A stretch of DNA of 52,738 bases from an uncultured delta proteobacterium (lineage in GTDB: Bacteria; Desulfobacterota; Binatia; Bin18): contig CAVTCR010000083.1 of assembly GCA_963733195.1 (NCBI GenBank), forward strand, positions 1-52,738, given 5' to 3'. Positions 1 through 10,984 of the stretch are shown one piece after another (the stretch's first letter is position 1; the number at the start of each line of letters is the position of its first letter). The notes under the pieces are model-generated. The model was not told the origin of the DNA. It ran no database searches and worked only from the letters and a program-made list of their open reading frames with translations. The position numbers and the translations under genes were made by a program.

Positions 1-2
1 CT

Positions 3-1029
3 ATGCGCTTTGGCTTCATGATGCCGTTTCAGAATCCGCCGCGGTGGGCGCGGCCATATCCCGAACTGTACCGTGAGTACATCGATCAGACCGTGTTAGC
101 AGAAGAATTAGGCTACGATACGATCTGGCTCACAGAGCATCATTTCGATGATGATGGGTGGTCGCCTTCCTTGTTGCCGTTAGCCGCAGGTATCGCCACT
201 CGCACCAGTCGCATTCGCATCGGCACTTTCATTCTCATCTTGCCGTTTCAACACGCACTGAGAGTCGCGGAGGACGCAGCCACGGTCGATATTCTTTCCA
301 ATGGCCGCTTGGATCTGGGAGTTGGCAAAGGCTATCGCGTGAAAGAGTTTACCGGATTCGGCATACCGCGTGAGCAACGCGAGGCGCTGCTTGAAGAGGG
401 GCTTGAGGTAATTCGTCGCGCGTGGACCGAGGAGAGCTTTTCGTTTGAAGGACAATTTTATCATCTGCGTGATGTACGTCTCTCTCCCAGGCCAGTGCAG
501 CAACCACATCCTCCGTTGTGGATCGGCGCACGCGGGAAGAAAGCTGTGGAGCGTGCCGCACGATTGGGCTACCACCTGATGGGCACCGGCGAACTTGAAG
601 TGCAACAGTTTTATGATCGTGCGTTAGTCCAGCATGGCCGCAACCCGCGCGATTTCTCGCTCACACAACTACGTTGGATGTACGTTGCAAAAACCCGCGA
701 GCAAGCCTGGCAAGAGGCTGGTCCACACCTGTCTTATATTCTCTCCACCGCGTTCCCATTGTTGAAAGAGGCAGGTGATTTACGCAGAGATCGCGCGATG
801 GGTGAAGTACCGTCATTAGCCAATCTACAAAAAATAGACCCAAGTACACCGGGGGGATTTCCGATTATCGGCACGGCAGACGATTGTCGTCCGCGCCATT
901 GAGAGCTATCGACAAGGAACGCGCCTCACCGATCTAGCCTTAGGCATGCACTTGCCGGGGCTTGCTCCGGAGAAAATACGGCAATCGATGACGCTCTTTG
1001 CCAGAGAAGTAATGCCACACTTTAAGTGA
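3..1029 (+). CDS. LLM-class (luciferase-like) flavin-dependent oxidoreductase; one frameshift near 890-900
   Basis: Motifs AEELGYDTIWLTEHHF, RVAEDAATVDILSNGRLDLGVG, PRPVQQPHPPLWIG. The C-terminus (ESYRQGTRLTDL...FAREVMPHFK*) continues in another frame to TGA at 1027-1029. Confidence 0.9.
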
Positions 1030-1070
1030 TGCGATAGAAACGCCAAAGCAAGGTGTGAAGGTGACGATGG

Positions 1071-1131
1071 CAGGCACAGCCTGCCCTACTCCAGAACGCA
1101 CGAGAATACGTAGGGCGGGCTGCGCCCGCCA
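1071..1131. repeat. GTAG-family REP-like palindromes (pair)
   Basis: caggcacagcctgccCTAC (1071-1089) and GTAGggcgggctgcgcccgcca (1110-1131), intergenic. Confidence 0.6.
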
Positions 1132-1173
1132 CGATGCGCTCAAGCACGTATCAATATCTTAAGGAGCAAAAGC

Positions 1174-1885
1174 ATGAGTGTGTGGCTGTTTCAGACAGAC
1201 TCGTATCTGCGTGAGTTCACAGCGCGTGTTGTTGCGGTGCAGGAAAACCGTGTCGCGCTCGACCAGACAGCATTTTATCCCACTGGTGGAGGACAGCCCT
1301 GCGACCACGGCTTATTGTCCACTGGTGGTCAGCAGTGGGCTGTGGTGAACGTACGCAAAGACGGCGAGGAAATATGGCATGAAGTTGAAGGTGAACCGCC
1401 AGCAGTTGGCACTGAAGTGACGGGCTCGCTTGCCTGGGACCGTCGCTATTCGCTGATGCGCACGCATACTGCACTGCATATGTTGGCTGGCGTGATCTGG
1501 CGGAACTACGGTGCGCAAGTCACGGGCGGCAACATGGAGCCGTTGCGTGCCCGCATGGATTTCGAGTTCGAAAGCATGCGTCGAGAACTCGTCGAGGAGA
1601 TCGAACAGAAAGTAAATCAGGAAATAGTTGCTGCTCGACCAATTCAGGTGAGCATTCTGCCGCGAGCACGAAGCCTTCGCCATTCCCGATCTGATTCGTA
1701 CGAAGATCAATCTCCTGCCTGAAGGAATCGAACAGGTACGAATAGTAGATATCGTCGGCTTGGATTTACAAGCCGATGGTGGAACCCACGTGGCGAATAC
1801 CCGTGAGGTGGGACGTATCAAAATTGTCGATTACAAGAGCAAAGGAAAGATCAACAAGCGGTTGGAGATCGCGGTTGGTGATTGA
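1174..1885 (+). CDS. alaX: Alanyl-tRNA editing protein (AlaX family); frameshift near 1670
   Basis: LDQTAFYPTGGGQPCD and MRTHTALH. The shifted frame gives LIRTKINLLP...DLQADGGTHVANTREVGRIK...* ending at 1885. Confidence 0.88.
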
Positions 1886-1995
1886 TAGAGCATGGATTAC
1901 TTCCTTGACAGTGCCAAAGCCGATGGTCTATGGGTCAACGAGAATAGCTTGAGATGTGTCGTTTCAAGCGGCAGCGAATACAGGAGGGAATTCGT

Positions 1996-3682
1996 ATGAC
2001 CTATGATCTGCTCATTCGCAATGGAACCGTGGTGGATGGAACCGGCGCTCCGCGTTTTCGCGCGGACATCGCAGTGCAAAATGGCTGCATCGTGGAAGTG
2101 GGTACGATTCGTGAGCGCGCGCGGCAAATCATTGATGCCTCGGACTTGATCGTTGCGCCGGGATTCATTGATCCACATACGCACTACGATGCGCAGATCG
2201 ACTGGGACCCATTGGTGACCTGCTCGTCGTGGCATGGCATCACCAGCGTAGTGATGGGCAATTGTGGCGTAGGGATCGCTCCGTGCCGCCCCGAACAGCG
2301 GGAAGCGCTCACCTGGGATCTCGTCAACGTCGAGGGGATGTCTTTCAACGTGCTCTCCAAGGGGGTGCTCTGGGAGTGGGAAAGTTTCCCAGAGTTCATG
2401 ACCGCGAAACGCAAAGGGCTCGGCATCAATCTTGGTTTTCTCATGCCACTCTCGCCATTCCGCTCCTACGTCATGGGAGAAGCAGCACAAGAACGTTCAG
2501 CGACGCCGGGCGAAACCGAGCGCATCGCGGCGTTAATTCGTGATGGCATGAGCGCTGGAGCGTTGGGATTCTCAACCACGGTTGCAACCCAGCATGTCGG
2601 ATACAAGGGACGCCCGCTCGCCTGCCGATTGGCAAGCCGGGAAGAGCTACGCGCGTATGCGCATGTCTTAAAAGACCTTGGCTATGGCTCAATTGAAGTG
2701 AATATGGGAGGAGCGGGCTCGTCAGTTCTTCCGGCAGGATCGACTGAGTTGATCGACTTTTTGCTCACCGAGAGCCAGCGGCCAGTGACGTGGTTGTCGG
2801 TACAAACTCGTAGTGATCAACCCACAGCACATCGCGAGCTGCTGTCGAATATGGATGGGTTGATCAAACGTGGCAGCATTCCGCAAGCGAGTTGTCAGCC
2901 GACAGAGATTCAGTTCAATCTCCGCAACCCATTCATCCTTGGCCCCTATGAAGTGTGTCACCAATTGTTCAATCGCTCAGTCGCAGAACAATCGCGCATC
3001 TATGCCGATCCGGCTTTTCGTTCAGCATTCCGTGACGCCTACACACGGTCGCCGAAGGCGTTTAGCGGCCAATGGGCGCGGATTGAGGTGTGTAAGGTGC
3101 AAAACCCAGCGCATCAAGCATGGGTAGGAAAAACCATCACAGCGCTGAGCGCACAGGAGGGAAAAGATCCGCTTGATACCTTCTTCGATCTGGCGATTGC
3201 GGACGAGTTAGGAACAGAGTTTACCCTGGCGATGCTGAATTTTGATCCCCCGTTGCTGCAAGAAGTGATTACTGATTCTCGCGTGCTGATTGGCCTGTCT
3301 GACGGTGGCGCGCACGTCGATATGCTGTGCAACACAGGCTATCCCACTTATCTTGCTAGGAACCTGGGTGCGTGAGCGGCAAGTGATGAACCTCGAACGT
3401 GCGGTGCAGCGACTGACGGCTGAACCTGCGCAGTTCTTTGGTTTGCACGACCGGGGCGTCATTGCTCAAGGAAAAGCGGCAGATCTCGTGATTTTTGATC
3501 CGCGAACTGTGGCGGCTGGTGACAAAGAAATGCTCTATGACCTTCCAGGTGACGAGGGACGATTCGTCCAGCGAGCGGAAGGCATCCACTGGGTGATTGT
3601 GAATGGAGCAGTGCTGTTTGCGGATGGCGCACATTCCGGGGTGTTGCCGGGACAGGTGCTGCGAGCGGGAAGAGCAGCGTAG
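1996..3682 (+). CDS. N-acyl-D-amino-acid deacylase family amidohydrolase; frameshift near 3355
   Basis: YDLLIRNGTVVDGTG, APGFIDPHTHYD, VMGNCG, SDGGAH. The C-terminal DRGVI..GKAADLVIFDP is in ORF 3290-3682. RBS ggaggg precedes ATG 1996. Confidence 0.9.
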
Positions 3683-3685
3683 TAA

Positions 3686-3711
3686 GTAGGAGCGGTTCGC
3701 GAACCGCTCCC
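3686..3711 (+). repeat. GTAG REP-like hairpin, possibly also a terminator
   Basis: GTAGGAGCGGTTC-GC-GAACCGCTCC immediately after the stop codon. Confidence 0.6.
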
Positions 3712-3722
3712 TTCACATCAAG

Positions 3723-3803
3723 TTAATTTTTCCTCGCATGCTCGTCGCGCAAGTGCTGGGGGAACCAGAACCGGAGCACATCTGCGAATTCTTCAGTCGG
3801 CAT
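3723..3803 (-). pseudogene. Truncated 5' fragment of the next gene cassette (DUF924-like N-terminus)
   Basis: After the attC core: RBS GGAGG, then MPTEEFADVLRFWFPQHLRDEHARKN*. vLxFWF is typical of DUF924 N-termini. Confidence 0.45.
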
Positions 3804-3826
3804 CGTCAATACGCCTCCACATTGCT

Positions 3827-3923
3827 GTCCAACGTCCACCAATCACCTGCCGCCCACACGGGACTTTTCAGGTTCAGCGGGAACCGCAAACGGGCGGCGG
3901 TGCGGTGCAGCGTCGAGTTAGCC
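3827..3923 (-). mobile_element. attC: Integron attC recombination site
   Basis: Minus strand: R'' GGCTAAC (contains the TAA stop of the upstream gene), 5 nt, L'' GCTGCACC, internal palindrome CCGCCC...GGGCGG, L' GGTGATT, R' GTTGGAC (GTTRRRY); 97 bp. Confidence 0.75.
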
Positions 3924-4220
3924 TGCGTGTACCGTCTTGCCCTCGTCGACGGGTTGTTCCCCTTCCATCCAGGCTGGCGTCAACCCTTTGTACAATACAT
4001 CCGGGTCAATGTCGGCTCCGTTGTCCCACACGATGGCGCCCATCCGAGCATCAACCTTCACGGAGCGAAACATTTGTAGGTCATTTCTGATTGGCTCAAA
4101 GATGGGACCATGAAGATAAGGCTGAAGATCAACTTCTTTCATCGTGCCGTCCGTAAATTCTAGACGGACTCTGAACCCTTCCAGCGGTTCGACAACGCGA
4201 ATACGTACTGGCCGTGGCAT
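3918..4220 (-). CDS. DUF2442 domain protein (putative antitoxin)
   Basis: VEPLEGFRVRLEFTDG...L.GPIFEPI...F..V.VD..GAIVWDNGADIDPDVLY. Confidence 0.85.
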   Translation of the reverse strand: MPRPVRIRVVEPLEGFRVRLEFTDGTMKEVDLQPYLHGPIFEPIRNDLQMFRSVKVDARMGAIVWDNGADIDPDVLYKGLTPAWMEGEQPVDEGKTVHAG

Positions 4221-4237
4221 AGTCTGACTCCTCGTAT

Positions 4238-4420
4238 TTAGTCTAACGGTTCAATTGGATGGAGCGGTACACCTTGTCGGGCGCGCTCCCAATTGGCTCG
4301 CAATTCCTCCCGATGGAAACAGCGAAGCCCAATTCGATGACAAACGACCGTGGACGACGGGGCAATTCAGCCTTCCAAGATTTCTAACGTCTCAATCGCA
4401 AATAAGGCTTCGTGCTCCGC
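4238..4420 (-). pseudogene. DUF4160 domain protein, 5'-truncated and frameshifted
   Basis: Manual translation across indels: AEHEALFAIETLEILEG-ELPRR...EWASL-HREELRANWERARQGVPLHPIEPLD*. The N-terminal HNPPHFH part is missing. DUF4160 is the usual partner of DUF2442. Confidence 0.7.
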
Positions 4421-4528
4421 CTATAAACTTTGTAAACCTTTGCGTATCATAATTGCTGTCGCGTGAAAGAATAGCGGTATGAAACTCTTTACCCCCCTCC
4501 GAGCCTCAGAGCGGTTACATGTCCATTC

Positions 4529-4840
4529 ATGACGATAGCCAAACTTCGATGATCTTCGACAGATCCACGGCATCCAACATCGCCCTGCATCCAAATGAGT
4601 TGGTCCAGATCGATGGAGAGTATGTCTCGCATTGCGCAACACAGTCTAATGGTGAATCCGAAATCCCCGGCTTGGAACGGCACGCAGTTCGCTAACTTGC
4701 TGCGTGTAGCGAAACGCGCCGAGGTACAAACGACAACCAAACATAGCACCCTCGATTCAGCTCTTCCCGCGACACCACAATTACCGGATGCGGACCCACC
4801 GACCCGAAGTCTGCCATATAGATCTCGCCGGCTGGATCAT
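4529..4840 (-). CDS. PemK/MazF-family toxin; multiple frameshifts, 3' end approximate
   Basis: Reconstructed MIQP-GEIYMADFGSVGPHPVIVVSREELNRG..VVVCTS...CVAQCE.ILSID. Confidence 0.7.
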
Positions 4841-5057
4841 GGCGTCTCGTTCATGCGTGCCTACGGCATTGCGTAGCGCTGTGGTATGGATTGCTGGCTG
4901 AGGAACGATCGCTTCAAGCAATTCCTGGACAGCTTCGATAGTCCACCTCTGGTACCAGGACATAAGCGGTGTTCGTTCGGGGGTCGATGACACGCAGGGG
5001 TCTATACTCTTGGTTGTCCAGAGCCTGTTGTTGTTGTGGGGTCAGTTGAATATCCAT
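4837..5057 (-). CDS. Putative antitoxin of the MazF-like toxin; frameshifted
   Basis: MDIQLTPQQQQALD...RVIDPRTNTAYVLVPEVDY-EAVQELLE...; RBS aaggagg; ATGA overlap with the toxin start. Confidence 0.6.
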
Positions 5058-5152
5058 AGCAACCTCCTTCTGCATTCTAGTTCGTTGGGAGGGGCACCCG
5101 CGTGCATTGTTGTCCAGTCTCAAGGGATACAGGCGATCTATACAAAATAGCA

Positions 5153-5178
5153 AGGGCACGGTCATGCCGTGCCCCTAC
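5153..5178 (-). repeat. GTAG REP-like palindrome
   Basis: gggcacgg-tcatg-ccgtgccc-CTAC. Confidence 0.6.
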
Positions 5179-5210
5179 GAGAACTACACTGATAGAAGGG
5201 CGAGTGAGGG

Positions 5211-5462
5211 TTAGGATGCGGCGGGCGTTGATTCTTTCGGCGCGGCGGCTGCCGCTGCGGCCGCTGCTGCGGCTTCTGCCTTTACTGACTTGGCAACAAC
5301 TCGTGTGCGTCGTTTGATGGAACGAATCCCATGACGCAGGCTCGATACTTTCTTCGCGTCTTTCTGTGCGATGGCTTCGTCGCGTTTCGCTTTCAGCATG
5401 CGAATACGTTTTTTCAGCTCAGCTTGTTCTTCTTTCGGCGCTCTTTGTTCTTTTTCAGCCAT
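5211..5462 (-). CDS. Small basic coiled-coil hypothetical protein with Ala-rich tail
   Basis: MAEKEQRAPKEEQAELKKRIRMLKAKRDEA...; directly downstream of korB; RBS aagga. Confidence 0.7.
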   Translation of the reverse strand: MAEKEQRAPKEEQAELKKRIRMLKAKRDEAIAQKDAKKVSSLRHGIRSIKRRTRVVAKSVKAEAAAAAAAAAAAPKESTPAAS

Positions 5463-5499
5463 AGAAATCCTTACTCTTTTTGTTGAATACAACAGGTTG

Positions 5500-6510
5500 T
5501 TACTTCACGGTCCACACATCGCCGCTGTGCAGCAGCTTTTCCAAATCACCATGCCCGGTTTTCTGCGCTTCAGTCAACTGACGGTTGATCAGCTCGTCAA
5601 AACTTGGTCGCTGTGCCACTCGAATCACTCCGAGGGGTGTGGGGAACTGCGGTGGTGCCATGCGGCTCACGAGAAATCCCAGGACCGGATTGGTTTCGTC
5701 GTGTACGAGGAGGTCAGAGGCGCTGACACCATCACCAAGTGTAACCACTTCCGGCGTCATATCCTTCAGGCGGATACCTTTGTCTTTGTTCTTGCCAAAA
5801 ATCATCGGCTTGCCATGCTCAAGTATGAGCTGAGTGTCTGCTTTGGTCTCTTTATCAGTAAGCGAAGAGAACGTACCATCGTTATAAACGTTACAGTTCT
5901 GGAGGATTTCAATAATCGACGCGCCTTTGTGTGCCGCGGCACGCTTGAGCAGATCTTGCTGATGCTTGGCTTCGACATCGATCGTTCGGCCAACGAAAGT
6001 TGCATCCGCACCGAGCGCAAACGCCAGTGGGGCCACCGGGTGGTCGGCAGATCCCATCGGGGTAGATTTCGTGACCTTCCCTAGTTCTGAAGTTGGAGAG
6101 TACTGCCCTTTGGTCAAGCCATAGATGCGGTTATTGAACAGGAGAATTTTGAGATCAACATTCCGTCGCAACGCATGCAACAAATGGTTTCCACCGATAC
6201 TGAGCCCGTCGCCGTCACCGGTCACAACCCACACCATCAGGTCTGGCCGCGACACCTTTAAGCCAGTAGCAATCGCCGGGGCACGTCCATGAATAGTGTG
6301 AAAGCCATAGGTATTCATGTAATAGGGAAAGCGGCTCGAACAGCCGATGCCGGAAATAAAGACGACATTTTCCTTGGGAACGCCCAGTTCAGGAAAAATC
6401 TTCTGCACCTGGGCGAGGATCGAATAATCACCACACCCTGGGCACCAGCGGACATCTTGATCAGAGGAAAAATCTTTACGTGTCAATTTTGGTGCACTTG
6501 CCGTGCTCAT
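5500..6510 (-). CDS. korB: 2-oxoacid:ferredoxin oxidoreductase beta subunit
   Basis: WCPGCGD, SGIGCSSR, TPP motif GDGDGLSIGGNH...NN, YGLTKGQYSPT. Confidence 0.93.
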   Translation of the reverse strand: MSTASAPKLTRKDFSSDQDVRWCPGCGDYSILAQVQKIFPELGVPKENVVFISGIGCSSRFPYYMNTYGFHTIHGRAPAIATGLKVSRPDLMVWVVTGDGDGLSIGGNHLLHALRRNVDLKILLFNNRIYGLTKGQYSPTSELGKVTKSTPMGSADHPVAPLAFALGADATFVGRTIDVEAKHQQDLLKRAAAHKGASIIEILQNCNVYNDGTFSSLTDKETKADTQLILEHGKPMIFGKNKDKGIRLKDMTPEVVTLGDGVSASDLLVHDETNPVLGFLVSRMAPPQFPTPLGVIRVAQRPSFDELINRQLTEAQKTGHGDLEKLLHSGDVWTVK

Positions 6511-6515
6511 CTTCT

Positions 6516-8376
6516 TTACTCCTCTAGCATGCGCGCGATTCGGGCGCTGACCTCAGAGACTTTGAAAGGGCGTCCCTGGATTTTATTGAGTCCAACCGCA
6601 TCAACCAGATACTCTGCTCGCAACACGCGGAGTAACTGTCCCATATTCATCTCTGGCACTAAGACCTTCTCAAAACGAGAAATGATCTCGCCCAAGTCTG
6701 CCGGCAGCGGATTTAAGTGGCGCAAGTGGACATGCGACACCGACTTTCCCTGTTGTTGGAACTCATTCACGGCTGCGGTAATCGAACCATAGGTGCTACC
6801 CCAACCAATCACCAACAGTTTGCCACGTTCTGGACCGTGAATCTTTGTCGGTGGGATATCTTGGGTGATCTTCGCTAGCTTGCGATAGCGCACCCGCACC
6901 ATCTGTTCGTGGTTCATGGGCGCATAACTGATATTGCCGGTCTTGTAGTCTTTCTCCAGTCCACCGACGCGATGTTCGAGCCCTGGAGTTCCAGGTCGCA
7001 CCCATGGACGCGCCAGCGTGTTCTCGTCTCGCAGATAAGGAAAGAAGCCTTGCGGATCAGTACGGAACTCAACCTTGATATCCGGCAGGTCTGCTATTTT
7101 CGGTAGCAACCACGGCTCCGATGCATTGGCGAGAAAACCATCTGTGAGGAGAAACACCGGCGTCATATAGGTCACAGCAATACGAATGGCCTCGAAAGCC
7201 GCAAAGAAACAGTCTGAAGGCGTTGACGCCGCAATGACCGGTACCGGCGCATCACCGTGACGACCATACAACGCTTGCAAAAGATCCGACTGCTCGGGCT
7301 TGGTCGGCATGCCAGTACTCGGTCCCGCCCGTTGAATATCAGTAATCACCAATGGCAACTCAACCACCGTCGCCAGACCAATCGTCTCGGCTTTGAGGTT
7401 CATACCCGGACCGGCGGTCGTGGTAATCCCAATTGCGCCACCAAACGCCGCACCAAGCGCCGCACCGATGCCAGCAATTTCATCTTCAGCCTGAAACGTA
7501 TACACACCAAAGTCTTTGAGTGAAGCAAGCTCATGCAGGACATCACTGGCTGGAGTAATCGGATAGCTGCCTAAGAACAACGGCAGCCCAGCCTTCTTGG
7601 CTGCGATCACGAACCCGAGCGCTGTCGCCTGGTTGCCGGAAATGTTGCGATACGTACCGGGTGCAATTTGCGCGGGTTTGATCTTGATACGACGAGGCAA
7701 AGATCTCGGTATTCTCGCCGTAGTTGTAACCACCATTCAACGCACGGATGTTGGCTTCGAGCACTTCAGTGTTGCGTTTGAAGCGTTGATTGATCCATTG
7801 CAGCGTATGGTCAATTGGCCGTTGAAAGAGCCACGATACCACGCCCAAGGCAAAGAAGTTACGACACCGCATCACAGAGCGGTTGGGCAAACTTAGCGCT
7901 TCGAGCGCCAATGTCGTCATCTTGGTAATTTCAATCGGATAGACTTGATACTTGGCGAGCGATCCATCTTCTAAGGGATTGGTTGTGTAGTCTGCCTTCT
8001 TGAGGTTGGTCTCGTTGAACTCTTCTTTATCGATGATGAGGATGCCGTTCTGCTTGAGGTCACTGAGATTGGTTTTCAGTGCTGCCGGGTTCATCACGAC
8101 AAGCACGTCGAGATCATCACCCGGAGTGTAGACACTCTTGCTGCTGAATTGCACCTGAAACGCACTCACACCGTACAATGTCCCGGTAGGAGCGCGGATT
8201 TCCGCCGGGAAATCCGGGAGCGTACCAATATCATTGCCTGCAAGCACCGACTCGGTCGCAAACTGCGTCCCAGTTACTTGCATCCCATCACCAGAGTCAC
8301 CAGCGAAACGGATCACTACACTATCCCGCTCCTGCACTTGTTTCTGCAGCGCAGAGGCTACTGGGGTCGTCGCCAT
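6516..8376 (-). CDS. korA: 2-oxoacid:ferredoxin oxidoreductase alpha subunit; frameshift near 7685
   Basis: IRFAGDSGDGMQ, PAEIRAP, YPITPAS, QAEDEIA, QRAGPSTGMPTK across ORFs 7543-8376 and 6516-7736. Confidence 0.92.
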
Positions 8377-8488
8377 TCCATGTCCTTTCTGTTTTCGCTT
8401 TGGAAAAGGAGTTTATACAAAGAAATCGTCAGGAACCTAGCGTAGCTGGGTCGCTATTACAAGCACCAAGAATGAAACAAATCGAGAC

Positions 8489-10174
8489 TCATAGAAACCG
8501 TAACGAGAACGGCATAATAGCCCAGACCCGCTCCTGCCTCCACCATAAGGGAAGGCCAAGGCGCGTGCGCGGTAAGCGTCGTAACAGTTTCGGCAATCGC
8601 CACAAGGAAGGAGCTTTAGGAAAACGTTCAATCATCATGGACGTATCGAGCGAAAACCCCGCACGTTGTTTAGCTTCGAGCAAGGCTTCTTCGAGACCAC
8701 CAATCTCATCGACCAATCCCCGTGACCATGCTTGTCGCCCACTCCAAACTCGGCCTTGTGCGTTCGGTTCAACAGCTTCGAGACTGAGAGACCGGCGGGA
8801 AGCCACTTTGGCAATGAAATCCTGGTAAAAAGCCTGGATCTCAAAATCCAGCCGTTCTTGTTCGGGTGGGGAAAATTCTTGGTAATCAGAAAATAAAGCG
8901 GCTTTCTTTCCTCGGGTAAGGATTTCTTTTCCCACACCTACACGCGTATACAAATCACGCAACACTGCCTTTCCAGCGATCACACCGATCGAGCCAGTAA
9001 TTGTCCCTGCCTCGGCAAACACTTTTCCGCCAGCGAGCGCAAGGTAGTATCCCCCAGAGGCAGCGACATCTCCCATCGATATTACCACCGGCTTATGTTC
9101 ACCGGTTTTCACCAGTTCGTGCCACATGAGGTCAGAGGCTAACCCAGAACCACCAGGGCTGGTAATCCGCACGACGATAGCAGCAATCGACTCATCCTCA
9201 CGAGCCTCTTTGACATCCGTCGCGAAGCTGGTCGAACCCACGGCCCGCGTTCCCTCACCACCATCAACTGATTCTCCACGTTTGATTGGACCATCAACCG
9301 TTACCACGGCAATTTTTCCCGGGTTTTCTTCTCTCAGTAGTCGCCGTCGTAAGACCCGTCCGCGCTGGCGCTGATAGTCTGCGGTGTCGAGTATTTCCAC
9401 AGGACCAATCTGCGCTTCAAGGAGAGATTCAACTTCATCTTCGTACGCCACGTGATCGATCAATCCCGCGGTGGCTGCCTCACGCGGGAGAAACAAGCCG
9501 TGGTCGATTAACTGTTGCACCTCCATCTTGGTTTTGCTGCGTGCAGATGCAAGGTCATCAACAATCTGGCCATAGAGATCATCGAGCAAGCTGTCGAGCA
9601 TCTCACGATTCGCCGGTGACATCGATTCTCGCGTAAATGGTTCGGCAGCTGATTTGTATTGCCCAACGCGATGGACCTGAGCGGCAATGCCAAGTTTATC
9701 GAGCGCCCCCTTGAAGAACATCATCTCTGCGGCAATGCCTGTAATCGCCAGATGGCCGGCAGGAGCAACTATAATCGTGTCCGCAGCACTGGCAAGGTAA
9801 TATTCACGCATCCCGCCTTCGGCCAGATATACCCATACTTGTTTCCCGGCTTGACGTAGCGCCAGAAGCGAACGGCGCAGACTTTGTAGTCGCGCCCAGC
9901 CAGCCCCCAGGTCAGAAATCGTCAGCACGACTGCCTTCACTTGTTCGTCTTCTCTGAGCCAGCGTAAAAGGGAGGTTGCCGAGAAAAAATCAAGGTCAGT
10001 ACGATGCAAAAGATTCGTCAGCGAGAGTCCAGACTCTTCTGGCAGTGCACCATGGAGATCGAGGCGAACAGCATTGTAGGTCTTGGTTCGCCCGAAAAGG
10101 CGTGCGAAGCGGTCCCGTCCCCACAAAAATGCGAGTGCGGTACGGCGGATAATAGATTTACGTATAGACATCAA
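8489..10174 (-). CDS. sppA: Signal peptide peptidase SppA (protease IV, two-domain)
   Basis: GQYKSAAEPF, RITSPGGS, DVAASGGYY, TITGSIGV, GRVWSG. Confidence 0.93.
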   Translation of the reverse strand: MMSIRKSIIRRTALAFLWGRDRFARLFGRTKTYNAVRLDLHGALPEESGLSLTNLLHRTDLDFFSATSLLRWLREDEQVKAVVLTISDLGAGWARLQSLRRSLLALRQAGKQVWVYLAEGGMREYYLASAADTIIVAPAGHLAITGIAAEMMFFKGALDKLGIAAQVHRVGQYKSAAEPFTRESMSPANREMLDSLLDDLYGQIVDDLASARSKTKMEVQQLIDHGLFLPREAATAGLIDHVAYEDEVESLLEAQIGPVEILDTADYQRQRGRVLRRRLLREENPGKIAVVTVDGPIKRGESVDGGEGTRAVGSTSFATDVKEAREDESIAAIVVRITSPGGSGLASDLMWHELVKTGEHKPVVISMGDVAASGGYYLALAGGKVFAEAGTITGSIGVIAGKAVLRDLYTRVGVGKEILTRGKKAALFSDYQEFSPPEQERLDFEIQAFYQDFIAKVASRRSLSLEAVEPNAQGRVWSGRQAWSRGLVDEIGGLEEALLEAKQRAGFSLDTSMMIERFPKAPSLWRLPKLLRRLPRTRLGLPLWWRQERVWAIMPFSLRFL

Positions 10175-10185
10175 ACGGTTAGTTT

Positions 10186-10214
10186 GTAGAGACGCCCCGC
10201 CGGGGCGTCTCTAC
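10186..10214. repeat. GTAG...CTAC palindrome (REP-like)
   Basis: GTAGAGACGCCCC-GCC-GGGGCGTCTCTAC. Confidence 0.7.
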
Positions 10215-10342
10215 GGGATCGTCATTAGAAGAAAACGGAGAGTCGAAACCCATGCTCCGAATCCAGGGACCTGCGTCATACGTAGACATCGAAACGTACG
10301 AGCATTCTCATGAAGTTTGACGGTCAAGTTCGGTCATGCTCT

Positions 10343-10402
10343 GGTAGAATAGGCTTCCAGCCTGTTTCTGAGGATGAGGACAGGCAAGATGCCTGTCCCA
10401 CC
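10343..10402. repeat. Inverted REP doublet
   Basis: GGTAGAATAGGCTTCCAGCCTGT ... ACAGGCAAGATGCCTGTCCCACC. Confidence 0.6.
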
Positions 10403-10452
10403 AAGAACTCTGATTACCGATTTTGTTTGTCAATTTCCATTAGCGCTTCCCA

Positions 10453-10872
10453 CTATGCAGCCACCAGAGTTCCCCGTTTTCGCCCAGGAGGCCGTGATGG
10501 GGTTTCTGCAACCATCGACTTGGGCGTAAGCGCGGTTTCCAGTTGTTTTGCTTTCCAGTTCAATAACCCTTGACGAATGAAGTCAGGCTGAAGGCCAAGC
10601 ACTTCACACACATTCACAAACGAAAACAGCCAACTTCTATCATCTGACAGGATCCACTCCTCAGCATCGGAGCAGAGTAGTCGACCGCGACTTTCTTTTG
10701 TCCCCAAGTACTTCTGGAAACAATCAACCGCATCCTCCAGAATTGCAAGCATCAAGCGACGCTCGCCCTCGGCATATCCTTTTCCACGGGTCCCGGTGAA
10801 GAATTGGAGAGGAAGAAGAAAATCCGGCTGGAAAACGCCTGCTCCCCCATCCGCGACACGTTGGTCCTTCAT
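10453..10872 (-). CDS. Hypothetical protein (GERRLMLAILEDAV...FSFVNVCEVLGL)
   Basis: Clean 139-aa ORF with RBS aggagg. Confidence 0.8.
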   Translation of the reverse strand: MKDQRVADGGAGVFQPDFLLPLQFFTGTRGKGYAEGERRLMLAILEDAVDCFQKYLGTKESRGRLLCSDAEEWILSDDRSWLFSFVNVCEVLGLQPDFIRQGLLNWKAKQLETALTPKSMVAETPSRPPGRKRGTLVAA

Positions 10873-10984
10873 ACTGAAGCCTCCTACCCTTTCTGATCAA
10901 GGACAGTTCCTTGATCGCCACATCCACCACAACCAACAACAGCCTTTACGGGGCTGGACTCTTAACAACCTTCTATAGTGTACA

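Noticed and set aside
1770-1790. AlaX DGGTH instead of CGGTH
   Set aside because: To my knowledge this variant is common among free-standing AlaX proteins.
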